From NCBI GenBank assembly GCA_963693365.1, contig CAVNZM010000004.1, positions 4,714,564-4,778,563 on the forward strand: DNA of 64,000 nucleotides, read 5' to 3'. A program made the translations under genes and the position numbers. The DNA is from Amoebidium appalachense (taxonomy: Eukaryota; Protista; Ichthyosporea). Every line of letters begins with the position of its first letter. The stretch's first letter is position 1. This document shows positions 1 through 17,685 of this stretch, one piece after another. The notes under the pieces are model-generated. The model saw nothing but the letters and a program-made list of their open reading frames with translations. It was not told the origin of the DNA and ran no database searches.

Positions 1-217
1 TTAAACTGCTCATAGCATATCTGCTTCGATATTTTATTGATTTACTCACATTTTTGACTTTTTTTGTTTTGTAATTTTCCTTTATTTATTGGGCTGCCCC
101 AATCGGAATTAAACGTTGATAGAACTGCTCATATCTGACTTGATTTTTTATTGAATTACTCAAATTCTGACCTTTTTTTTTTTCCTTTTTCTTTTCTTTT
201 CTTTTTTTTCCCCCCAG

Positions 218-3723
<3,506 letters not shown>

Positions 3724-3853
3724 GGTGCTTGTTTTACTTGTCCACTTATTGAATGTATGATGGGTTAGCGTTGCTATTAGATTGTTTTCTTTTTGCCTTT
3801 TTTACTTAGCATTCCAGTTTATTTTATTTATTATTTTCTTTCTTTCTTTTTTT

Positions 3854-3884
<31 letters not shown>

Positions 3885-4524
3885 GGTTTGGAAGAAAATG
3901 TCTGTGGACGGTATCGGAGAAGGTGCAATGTTACAGTACAGAAAGTGCTGTTTTGTGCCAGATCATGTTAATTGTGTCCTGGAAGTGTGTAGTGCCGCAT
4001 TGATTCCCTTTATGTAGACTTTTCCCCTTCTCTTGCTCTTTTTTTCTTCTTCTTCTTCCTTTTTTTTCCTTGTGTGTCTTTTGACAGTGCAAGATGGTGG
4101 ATATATAGTGTGCTGTTGTGTGCCAGCTTGTAGTCTGCAGCTGGGATTGCTGGTTGCCTTTTGCCTTAATTTGCGGTTTCTGTTGCCGGGACGTTTTGGA
4201 AGGCCCACTATGTAACTCTACAGCACCTATATTACCACTCGGAGGTTGAAAGATTTCTTATGAATTACGGGAGGGACAGTGCATTTGTCAAAAAAAAGAA
4301 GAAAAAAAAAAGACACCGAGAAAAGGAAGATAACATATAATTAGTCAAGTCACATAGTATGCTGTTGCAGGAAACCATATGGCAGCGACAAAAATAAACA
4401 ATTGCAATGTAACGGGATTGGGTGGAAAAGAAGTAAAGAGTCAGGGCTTGAGGTAAATCAAAGATTGTAGGGCCGACAACTCGCGAATAAATGTGGACAA
4501 ATGGCTATATAGAATGGCGGGGTG

Positions 4525-4573
<49 letters not shown>

Positions 4574-6229
4574 GGGCCCCTCCTTCCCGGGCCCCGGTGT
4601 TTGTTATCCGCGCATGTAACGTCGACAATCGGATGCCTCGATGTAAACCCCACTTAAAGTTTATCAGCGTACAATGTCATGCAGGTGGCGAAGAACCTGA
4701 AATGTGCCATGCCAGCAAGACGTGCACTAATGTTAGACATGTGCACACGAGCGTGTAAGAATGAAGATGTTTGCCCATCTGTAACTACTGACATTAAATT
4801 ACCTGGCATGCCGGCAACTCAGATTATGAGCAGCAAGGAGGGGTGGGTTAGGGTGGGGGTGGGGTTGGGGTGGAGGGGAGAGAGGGGAGAATGGGGAAGC
4901 GGCTCCCAACAAGTGTGCGCCAGTGCAAAAAGCAAAGGGCAGAGATGAACTAAAATCACCCATTACTGTTTATGTATTGCAGAGAAGTCGATGTCGATGT
5001 CGATTAGTGTACTGGGGCGCCCGGTGCACTGCTGTGGAAAGATGTGTGCAGCGCACGTGTTAAGGCTGTTACAAGTTGTGGCGTGAAAAATAAACGGAAC
5101 TACGGCCATGCATGGGTGGGCCTAAAGCCTTACGGGCATCACCGGGTATCAACATCATGAGAATCATGATGCCCATGTGCTACATGGTTCCTTGCTACTG
5201 GGGAACTTCAATTCAATTATGCTAACAAGTACGGCTAACAAACTGAACCAAAGCTTGAGTCGGTGCTTGCATGGGTGAAGGACGTCGGAAACTTGAAGGT
5301 GTGCTCTGTACATGTCTGTGGTGTGTGACTGGGTGAATGGGGCCTACATAAATTTGGGAGTGAGCAAAAACTGCTGCCTGCATCAGTCATGGTCTGGCCG
5401 CCGAACAGGGCTAGAAATTACATTTTAGGATTACTGTATTTTGGCACCTGGCGGATCGCCGCCTATTTTTGTCCGGAGATATTTACTTCCCTATATCGGC
5501 GGCCGAGTATCCGATAAATGTATACCTATCCGGCGCCGGGGGGCCTTCCCCCTCCCGGACCCCGTATGATTCATTGGCAATATCATAATCTTGCCTTTAT
5601 ATTACTATGATATAAATCTCCTCTCATTTACTCCCAACAATCATGTGCCCATTATAACTACGTTGGCTGCTCCTTTCGAGCCTCACTAATATTAGCTGGC
5701 GTCTGTTGAACTATATATCTCTGAAAAGCTGTAGAGTGAATGCAAAACAAAATACAACAGGCCCAGAAAGCACACTAAATTTGATATTGAGTGGATAACA
5801 CAACCTGCATTTTCCATTTGCCTTAGCCAATGGACTGGTCGTGAGATATGCAAGTACTGCGGTATTGAGATGACTTTTTGCGTTTTTGCAAGTTCCAGTG
5901 TTTTCCCAGGAAAAAACCCAGAGTTCCAGCTTTGGGCGGTTCAAAGAGGAGGGGGGGATCGGGGGGGGATCGGGGGGGATCGGGGGGGGATCGGGGGGGG
6001 GGGGGGGGGGGGGGACGGGGGGGGAGGGGGGACAATTATTTACTTCCCCAACCTCCAACGCAGGTGGAACTAAGTCCCAGGCTTTACTGGTACTTTCTGA
6101 AAATTAACGGTATATTTACTTCCGAAAACAGTGTAATTTCCTGGGGACTTCACTTTCACTTCGATCTCTTAGCTGTCACGTCAACTTTTTTTTCCCGATT
6201 CTTCACCATGGCAGGTATATAAAGGCTTT

Positions 6230-7030
6230 CGTTTCTTCTTTTTGTGGTGGGAGGGAGTCCCACTCAGGGGAACGTGACTGCAGCGTGTGTGTGGTGTGGC
6301 CTGGTGTATTCCTACTGCTGTGAGAGTGTGGGGGCATCTCCCTTTCGCGGAGTTTCTCGCTTGAGAAGTGGTTTCTTCAACGCCTGGTGATCCACCGCAA
6401 CCTATGGTAACTTCTACACGCTGTCTACGCTTCTACGCGACCTATTGGCGGTGGGCTGCTGCAACTTCTTCAGCTACTTCTGCGCTGCGTGAGTGGAGGG
6501 GCGGCTACTTGGTCGTCGGGGAGCTTTCCAAGTGACTGCCAGTCCTTAGCCTCCAGTCGTATGGCAATGACCGGGTTTGCTTGCATGCATTCTGTAATTG
6601 TGTTTTTCTGTGTGTCCTGCCACAACTAGGCCACCTTATCAGAGAGCTAGATGCAGTTTCTCCGGGTTATCTAGGGGCCGGGCCCGTTGGGATTGTTTTT
6701 TAGCTCAGATTTGGTCTGCATTGCTCTTTTAGAGGCTGACTTGCTTGCTGTGCCTCGATAGGTTTTGAGGGGGGCCTGTTGGGAAGGAGCAGTGATGATG
6801 TCTTCTTGCAGAGTGTGGTCTGGTCAACATCGATGCATATGACTAGTTGGAGCAAACTGGTTTCACGCATACACGTACACTTACGGTTTTGCCCGCTGGT
6901 GTCCTTTGTCACTTGTCGCTTTATTTTTATTTCATAGCTTTGGCTTTTTCAGTTCTATTGGTGGTTATGTAGCCTGTGGCTGCACGTTGCCTTCATCAAC
7001 GGATCAATAAACCCGAGTCAAAAGAAAATA
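6230..7030 (+). mobile_element. Possible degenerate, 5'-truncated non-LTR retroelement remnant
   Basis: A frameshifted CVWC...ESVGHLPF segment resembles the L1/Tx1 C-terminal CxxC...HLF zinc motif. The stretch ends in AATAAA plus a short A-rich tail (~7007-7030). No RT domain or TSD is visible. Confidence 0.2.
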
Positions 7031-7812
7031 ATTTCCTGCCCTGGGCCCGAAACAAAACCACAATTTATAAGTGCCGTGATAGTTTAGATATCTTGGTTCT
7101 GTTCACTCGACTCCATCGTCTCGCCTGCTTTTAACTTATGCAAATATCATTTTTGGTATAATTAGAAAATATAAGTAACTTAATATATTCTATTTTCATG
7201 CATGCAGGTGTTTTACTGCTGGTCCCGCCCGCCCTATTTGAAAAAATGGGGATAGCTTCTAGATATATCAGATCATGAGAGGGCTCATTACGTTGTTTGC
7301 TCTAGGAAGATGGAGGGACGGGGTTTACACACTTTTTATTGCGTGGACATTACCGGAGGCCCAGCCACATTCGACGGCCTACTGCGTTTTCCAGCACAGC
7401 CAATCAAATGCAGCCAGTGACATATGTACATGCTAGGCAACAATGAGCGCCATCGTAGTATCTGACACCCCTATTACATATGAAAAAAACTGATCTCGGC
7501 GGAGCCTCGATCTGTGGCCCAATCTCCATACGAGGCAGTGGGGAAGCGTAGCGCGCGCGCGCGCGTGTGTGTGTGCGTGTGTGGGGGAGGTGAAGGAGAG
7601 GCGGGTTGGGGGAGGAGGTAGAAGAGGTATCGGGTAGGGAGAGGGAAGTTGCATGTGTGTGTGCGGGCGGGGGAGCTACCATATGAGAGGAGTTAGGCAC
7701 TTATGCAGTGCGAGTGTGTTGATTTGTGTGTGTTGGGTGTTATGGGTATGTGTGTGTGTGGGTTGGGGGGGGGGGGGGGGGGGGAGGGGAAGGGGAAGGG
7801 GAGAGGATGCAG

Positions 7813-7870
<58 letters not shown>

Positions 7871-7936
7871 TGTGTGTATTGTGCACACATGTGTGTGTGT
7901 GTGTGTGTGTGTGCGTGCGTGTGTGTCTGCAGTGCG

Positions 7937-7985
<49 letters not shown>

Positions 7986-8078
7986 AGAGAGGTGTGTGTG
8001 TGTGTGTGTTTGTGTGTGTGTGTTTGTGTGTGTTTGCGTGCACATGATATGGTATGCGCGTGTGAGTGGTAGGGAGTG

Positions 8079-9057
8079 GCTGTTGATAAACACTCTCCCG
8101 ACGGCAACAGAAAGACATTTTCTTTGCAGCCATTCCAGTCATTAGACAACAACCAATTACATTTCACTACCGGCATACCAGTGATAAATAACCGTAAACA
8201 ACCGTACGTAGGCATGATGTAGTAGGAAGGCTGTACCTGTTGCTGTCGCGGTGTTGTTGTCGACGGTGATTTAGGGATTTATGAAATCACCATGCGTTAA
8301 AGTTGGAGTTGAAAGCAATTGTGTTCCTATTGCGTGGAAGTACACTGGAGTGCCTTGTATTCTTTCTTCACCAGAACACAATGGAAATGAAAACGTACGT
8401 TGACTTTCTCGTTTTGGTGAATTGGTCCGTGCCCTTCAACCTTTTGTATGGCTGGTACTACATGCAGTTTCCCGTAGACTCCATGTGTGTCACTTTTGAA
8501 ATATACCGACCATGTGCCGGCACCCCATCGATTTGTAGGATTGAAACAGTTGGGGAACTTAAGCGTTCCTGTTGCTAAACAGTAATATTTCGGGTTTTTC
8601 AGTTGAATTGGAGAGAGAGAAGGTAAATACTCTCTGAAATCGGTACGTAGTGCCATCAATTCTCCACCGTCAGCTGCCATGCTGAAACCGGATAGACTTT
8701 GAACTGAATGCGATCGCTACGTTTTGTAGTTGGTGTATATATGCCAGAATAATAATTTATGACAGGTGCGGTTAAAGAGGGGACTGTGCGTGTTGTTTTT
8801 TTGGAGATTTGTGACTCGTTTACATATCTGAATAAAGATTTTTTATTTTCAGCTGGAATCTGAATTGTGGGACTCATCGGCCGTTGCTGTTTTTCCCTTA
8901 TACCTTGCTCTTCCCTTGTTGTTTGATTGCTCGTGCTCTTCCCGTTGCTTGCTCTGTTTCCCTGATCCCTTTCGTTCCCTTCCATTGCTGTTCCCTTCTC
9001 TTACCCGTGGTTTTTTCTTCCCCATTCCCGTTCTGTTTAAGCTTTTGTGGTGTGTGT

Positions 9058-9126
<69 letters not shown>

Positions 9127-9393
9127 TATGTGTGCGTGCGTGCATGCGTGCGTGTGATACTGTGGCAATTACCTGCAGACTGCCAGTCGTTGCAACTTGC
9201 GACACAATGGAGGTTTGTGTGCCAATCAGATTATTGCACGTGGCATACACTTGCATGTGTTTCGGAGTGTAGGTGTGTGTGTGTGTGTGTCTGTGTGTGT
9301 GTACGGAGTGTGCACGTGTGTACGCGTGCGTATGTGTGTGTGTGTGTGGGTACGCACGTGTGTTTGTGTGTGTGTAGATTGTAGCTGTCCCCC

Positions 9394-9427
<34 letters not shown>

Positions 9428-9775
9428 CCTTTGGTATTTATATCCGTCGATATCTCTCAAGCCATTAGCCCGGCAAGGTTAGGCTGAAACATCCATTAGC
9501 TTCCCAGTTGGTGAGTAGGAAGTATGGATCCCCCCCCCCCTCCTCCCCCTCCCCCCTCCCCTCGGGGCCCCTGTTCCCCGCTTAGAGCAGGCCACGGAAA
9601 TGAGGTGTGTACGTGTGTATGTGTGTACGGGCACGTGTGTGTGTGTGTGCATGTGTGTGTATGTGTGTGCGTGGGTGCGTGTGTAGGGGAACAATTTGGT
9701 TAATAGGTAGAAGGGGAAAGTTGTGTGTCGGTGTGTGTGTGTGTGTGTCTGTGTGTGTGTACGGTGTGTGTGTGT

Positions 9776-9854
<79 letters not shown>

Positions 9855-10088
9855 TATCGGGGTCACGGTCTGTACACGTGTGTGTGTGTGTGTGTGTGTG
9901 TACGCGTGTGTACGTGTGTATGCCGTGTGTTTCAGAGAGCCAATGAAACTTTCCCAACTTTAGCATGTCTGGATTGTAGCTGTCATGTCCCCCCCCCCCC
10001 CCCCCCCTCTCCCCCCCTCCCCCCCCCCCCCCCCCCCCCCCCGCGCTCCCTGCCGAGAGCAGGCCAAATGAGTTGCGTGCGCGCGTGC

Positions 10089-10127
<39 letters not shown>

Positions 10128-10251
10128 TGATGGTGGTGGTGGTGATAGTGATGGTGGTGGTAGTGGTTTGAGGGGAGGGGGGAGGGAGGGAGGGGAAAGA
10201 GCTGTTGATAAACACTCTCCCCACGGAAACAGAATGACTTGTTCTTTGCAG
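8079..10251. repeat. Dispersed 51-bp direct repeat (8079-8129 and 10201-10251), each copy following a GT/G-rich tract
   Basis: GCTGTTGATAAACACTCTCCC(G/C)ACGG(C/A)AACAGAA...TTCTTTGCAG is present twice. Confidence 0.85.
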
Positions 10252-10317
10252 ATGGGTGGCTATGTGCTTTTAGACACATGTCCAAAACAGAAATTGTGGA
10301 GTGGGGGTTCCACTCTC

Positions 10318-10680
10318 TTTGTACCGTGTGGGCATGTTTCATCCACTACGTGTACACCATTGAAAATTCAGAGTGGGTTTGCACTCTTTTGTACCGTGTG
10401 GGCATGTTTTTCCCATCACGTGTACACCATTGAATCAGGTTTTCTGAGTGGAGACTCCACTGTTTTGTACCGTGTGGGCATGTTTTTCCCATCACGCGTA
10501 CACCAGTTTGTACCGTGTGGGTATGTCTTCCCATCACGCGTACACTACTTTGTACCGTGTGGGTATGTCTTCCCATCACGCGTACGCCATTTTGTACCGT
10601 GTGGGTATATCTTCCCATCACACGTACACCATTGAATCAAGGTTTGTGAGTGGGGATTCCACTCTGTTTGTACCGTGTCC
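10318..10680. repeat. Minisatellite with a 42-bp core, some units extended to 70-76 bp by a hairpin-bearing linker
   Basis: TTTGTACCGTGT starts at 10318, 10388, 10464, 10507, 10549, 10591 and 10667 (spacings 70, 76, 43, 42, 42, 76). Confidence 0.92.
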
Positions 10681-11658
10681 ACCGTGAACGTGTACAAATC
10701 ATATTCACGAGATATAGGAGAAAGAGAAGAATGTCAACCATTTCTCTTCCGGGCATTTTCCCTTGCCTCTAATTTTTTTCTTCCGTTTATTATTCCCTCC
10801 CTCCCCCCCTCCCCCCTCCCTCCCTCCTTGCCCCCTCCCCCCCCCCCCCCCTCCCCTTTCTCTTCTTCTATTCTGCTTTTTTTTCATCATTGCCTCTTCC
10901 GTATCGCGTTCTTTTCTGTCCCTTTCCTTCCCTCTCTCCTTTTCCTGTTTCTTTCTTTTTCCTTCTCGTTGTCAGTTTAAAAAGTTATTAAAATAATTAT
11001 GTATCAAGCTCAAAATTCCCTGCTCCTCTCATCTTCTATTTTTTCTTTCTTGCCTACCCCCTTCTTCACCCTTGAACTAAACGCCATTCCCACTTGTCCT
11101 CCCCTGTGTTTTTTTCGATTTTATTGTTCCCCAGTCCTTTTTTCCCTCGTTTCCCTTTTCCCATCTGTTTCCCTTACCTGTCCCCTTCCCTTCCGTGTTT
11201 CTTACCTTTTCTGTTTTTTTTCCTGTCCTTTCCTGTCTTTTTTCTTTCCCGTTTTTTGGAAGGAAGTTTAAGGAGGATATCCGTAAAGCTCATAGATATC
11301 CGTAAAGCTCATAAACGGGAAACGAAAGAAAAAGAGAGGGGGGGGGGGGGGGGGGGAAGGGGTTTCAGAAAATTTGCGCATATCTTGCCTGCCCCTCCCC
11401 CCCTCCTTTCCCTCCCTCTGGTTTCAAAATCAACAATTCCTTACCCATTCCCCTTCCCTTACAGTGTTTCTTTTCTGCTTTTTCCTTGCCCTTACTTTTC
11501 TTTCCCCCTTTTTTGGCAAAAAACATCGAAGCAAGTAAGAAAGTAGAAAGCCATGAACAAACTAAAAAGAAGTTGTTTATGCATAGAGCTCAGAAGCAAG
11601 AAACTCTCGAAGCAAAATAAGTAAAGACCAAAAGGCGAAAGAAAAATGTAAAATATAC

Positions 11659-12171
11659 CTGATACTGTCTATTCTCTTCCACGTGCGATTCCCTGTAATG
11701 TTGTAGCTCTTCTCTGTGTGTGTCTCTGTATTTCCGCGCATCTTCCCTATGCGCTTCCCTGTGCGTATTCCTGTAGTTCCGCGCATCTTCTCTATGTGTT
11801 TCCTTATACTCTCGTGCTTCTTCCCTGTGCGTATCCGTGTACTCTCGTGCTTCTTCCTTGTGTGTGTCCCTGTACTTTTGTGCTTCTACCGTGTGCGTGT
11901 CTCTGTACTCTTTTTCTTCGCTTCTGTGCGTGTTTTTGAAATGTTCATTATATTCGTGCTGTTTGGCACATATATCTTCTTTGTGTGCAGCATATTGTGC
12001 TCGATGTTTTTCACTACCAACATGTAAACGGCAAAAAGCTCCGGTTAAATAAGTTTCTTTTATACATCTATCCCCTGCATGGTAAAGGTGCCCATGTTCG
12101 TCTCTATAGCTACGTCGATAAACGAACGCGCAATGAGACCTAAATTTACTAGTCGTATCCATTATTTTCAT
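11659..12171 (-). CDS. Hypothetical protein (first exon): Cys/His zinc-finger-like N-terminus followed by 11-aa YRDTHREEARE repeats
   Basis: 171 open codons from ATG. Motif C-x21-C-x10-C-x2-H (HCAF...DRCIKETYLTGAFCRLH), then about 8 imperfect 33-bp repeats. The exon ends at a CAG|GTATAT donor; downstream exons were not identified. Confidence 0.6.
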
Positions 12172-12253
12172 GAATGAAGAAAAATCTCCCTGAAACCTCC
12201 TTCAGTGAATTGTTCGGCAAAATGACATGTGTCTAGTTGACTAGTACAACTTG

Positions 12254-13984
<1,731 letters not shown>

Positions 13985-16900
13985 AGAAGCGAGCGATTTG
14001 ATTCGCTGAAACATAAGAAGCGAGCGCTTTGATTCGCTGAAACATGTTCCAGCCAATCAGACTCAGATTGGGTCGCCGCGTTCTCTGATTGCTATGGATA
14101 CTGGCACCCGATTGGCTGTACACTCTTTTTTTTTCTCACTCTTGGCATCTCACGTGAGACCCGCTCTCCCCTTCCCCCAAACCCCTATCCCCAATAAGCC
14201 CAATCTCCCTGACAGGAAACCTGTCACTGAAGGAGATTGGGAATTATGGGTAAGCAGATGCTAGCATCGTGGAGGGACCCCGTCATCTAGCCATCCATAT
14301 GATCCACTCAGTGGCACTCACCATCACCTGACCTGTTCTGCTGCTCTGGAATGTGAAAGCCAAATATGGTCTGAAAGAATAAACATCCATTGGATAACAG
14401 ATAACCGCACCCGATCCCTGAAACTCCTCATTTTTCGGTGTTTTGCGTCTTTTTTCTTACCAGTCTGAAAATTTTGTTTATAATGACTGGCCGTCGAATG
14501 TGGCTGGGCCTCCGGCAGTGTCCACGCAATAAAAGTGTGTAAACCCCTTATTGATATGCTCATGAAAAGAGAAGCAATCCGGAGATATCACAGATATCTC
14601 AGAGAAGAAAATACAAAAAACCCTACTCACGGACACGGAGGAGATAACGACTCAAATAATAGTCGAATAAATCCAGTCAAAAGAAGAAAAAAAAATCATA
14701 CACCCTAGAAAACTCGTGAAACATACGGTGTTTTAACCACTTTGACTACACCGCGGCCAATAACGTAATTTCGAGGTGTGCTTATGGCGCGAAAACGGGC
14801 AGTTAGCCACTGGAAAAGTTGATATTATAAATATATTACCCTTAAATATTGATAATTTTTGGTTCTAGAAATGCTTTGTACGTGTATATATTATTTTTCT
14901 ATGGGTTGGTTTCTCTATATAAATACGGTCGGTAAATGTAGTCTGGTTTTTCGGAATGCCTTATCTTGTGTGCTTCCACGTTGGGTTCAAAGCAACGTGC
15001 GAGCGAGCAGACTCTCCGATTCGTCCGCAACATCTTGAGTGACTTGTGCGAGTCTATCTGCTGATTGGACGCAAGGAAAGAGGACAAACTTTGCGCATGC
15101 TGAAGTCACAAGTCCCAAAGTTGCCATCGCGTGATCAAGCAGACAACATTGTGCATAGGCCTACATTTTCATGTTTACTGGTTTACAGGGTGCTTCATTC
15201 TCCTTTTTTGTTTTTCTTTTCTCTTTCCTTTTTCTTCTTCTTTTTTTTCTGTTGTTGTTTCAGTTTTCGTAAGTTTATCAGCTCATAATATAGTGTGTGG
15301 CCCGTACATGTCGAGATTGTTCATTCCATATCCCACTACAAGATGTAGAACGTTGCCCAAGACGATCTGATCATTCGTGACATTGCAGACAGGCTGGCAA
15401 AAGCACTATATTTAGAAAGAAAATCTTGATTGTGTTTGTTTATTATTACTTGTGCTGTTCATAGATTTTATTTTCTTATTCACTGTTTACCTTTGTGTTT
15501 TAGGCATTCACCTTATGCGTGGATCGGATTACGGCAACCACACGGTAGCGCATCACAGCTCGAGCTTTATAAAGCTACACTCTGCATGCCGCAAGCTTTT
15601 CGGATCCAGTAAGACATGATATTCAACGAATGGCTCTAAGAACTGACACCAGACCCGAGACAGGAGCTTCGTAAACGAAGGAACACACAAAACGGTTCGA
15701 ATAATACGTGTACAGAAACATAAAATGTTTTTACATTATAATTTGTGTTCTACTTATCCGCACGTAGAAGCCTGATATATAGAAGTAATTTGGCGGTGTG
15801 TACAGCAATGCTATCAGCACACATTATATGACCAATCGTTAGGCTCCAAGACAGCCGGCCAGGCGCCTATAGCTGCCTTCCACATGCCCTCACCGAAAAT
15901 CGCAAGCACAGCAGCGTCCATGGCCAAGCGGCTATTTTTTGTAGCATTCTGTCTGTCTATGGGGCATAGTCGTAAATTCGTTTTGTACAAGTGCAAAAAC
16001 CCCGTTTTGGGCCTTGCATGCCTTGGGCATAAGGATTGATGTTGGATCCACTTGGATGAAGTAAAGATGCACGTAAAGATGCATGTAGCTATCACATGAT
16101 GATTCCTGTAATTTTGGCATCTTTTGAGGTACCCTTATCACTGATAACACATGTTGCTAATTGCTTTTTGTGCAAAAAAGCACGTTATCCCACGAGCACC
16201 TTTGTGTTCATTCTATCTTGTGCCGTTTTCCCGGGATTTACCGCACTTTTCAGATCATTTAGCGAAACTGAGGGCCTCGCTTTGGTTGTAAGCCTGCTAG
16301 CGCCTCTAGCGCGTCGCTAACATCAACAACTGTTGACATGTCGTCGGTGAACTACCCGACGCGGCTTATCCTGCTTTTATCCGCGGATTTTGCCGATAAG
16401 ATTGGCCGATCTCGATTGGTCAAACTCTCGGAACACTTGCGCCTATTGGGTGGAGTTAAAGCGGTTAACAGATAGTCAAAAGAAGTAATATCAGGATTAT
16501 CTAAATAAGCTAGTCTGAAAAAAATTTTTTTTTGACTGGATTTATTTCTCAGTCTATACAGATATCTTTGACTCATTGAAAGTGACTATAAGAAGGCTAC
16601 TCTATAATAAAAAGCTAATTAAATAGTCTTACTGGGTTGATTAGACTCCATTCTATAAACTCAAATGCTAATATAAATATAAGATTAAACCCTTACTTTC
16701 TTAAATTAATAAATTCATATACTTTTTTTTGGAGATCTATAATTTTTCAAACTGTTGTGCCCTGGCTTTAGTTTGAGTGTTAGGGGATTACAGCCGGTTG
16801 ACCGCAGATAAATTTTGATCAATCATTTCATCGAAAAACCGCACTTACTCTAGGGTGACTTTCGTGACCCCGCACCGAGAGGATCCTGGAGCTACAAAAT

Positions 16901-17139
16901 GCGAGTGAAGAACGGCACAGCAGCACAGACCAATTTGTTGCAAGGGAAAAAATAGCAAGGGAGTTATCAGTTTTGCACAGTGCAAGGCACGCCCGTTTGG
17001 ATTAGCACAAACTGATTATAGACAAGAAGTATACAAACCTTGTTAGACACGTTTAAATATTGTAGGTTTTCAGACCTTGAAGCACTTGACTTGTGCAACA
17101 CAGATTTACAACGCGTCAAGAGTGTATGCACAGACAATA

Positions 17140-17685
17140 ATGAACGGTCTGCTCAAGGTGTTGATGGTAGTCGGCGCAATGGCTTGCCAGGCGCCTACTA
17201 TCGAAGGTGCGCCCGCGAGAAAGACTGCGCTCGCGCGCGCAGCCCCATACCTTTTCGACCCCGTTGAGATACTTACCCCATCGAAAAGTGCCATACAAAT
17301 GGGCGCAGATGCGGTGAAACTTCGCCCGGGCGCATTTGCAAATAAGGTCGATTCGAGCGTGCCCATTGGTGTGAACATTACACGGGGAGTACAGCTTGCC
17401 AAGACGCAGGCACCGAAAATAACGATGAACGTTGCTCCAAACGTCACTTCGGTGTTCGCACAGGCGTCCGTGTCAGTTATCATGGGTGACTTGGTTTGGA
17501 CAGGAAATGTGCCTGGCCAGCTTGCTGACAGAGCTAACCTGATTGCGAACCAGGAAGGGGGGTTGTATGCAAACATTGTGGTGACGGCAAGTGGTCACGT
17601 GAGATATTTTGAGGTTTTGCCTTCAGAGACCGACCTGGGCTACTCCATTCTCTACGAGTACCAGCCACCCAACCTGCCGGATTAA
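17140..17685 (+). CDS. Intronless secreted protein, 181 aa, resembling the prodomain of bacterial reprolysin/M12-type metalloproteases
   Basis: ATG at 17140 is in an A-rich context, followed by a signal-peptide-like MNGLLKVLMVVGAMACQA and a complex globular sequence. The C-terminal pattern is VWTGNVPG...ANLIANQEGGLYANI...RYFEVLP...YSILYEYQPPNLP. There is no HExxH motif before the TAA. Confidence 0.8.
   Translation: MNGLLKVLMVVGAMACQAPTIEGAPARKTALARAAPYLFDPVEILTPSKSAIQMGADAVKLRPGAFANKVDSSVPIGVNITRGVQLAKTQAPKITMNVAPNVTSVFAQASVSVIMGDLVWTGNVPGQLADRANLIANQEGGLYANIVVTASGHVRYFEVLPSETDLGYSILYEYQPPNLPD

Noticed and set aside
6208-6220. ATGGCAG|GTATAT as the first micro-exon of a gene
   Set aside because: No downstream exon giving a credible protein was found.
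10318-10680. CRISPR-like repeat-spacer appearance
   Set aside because: The linkers are homologous to each other or absent, there are no cas genes, and the context is eukaryotic; it is a minisatellite.
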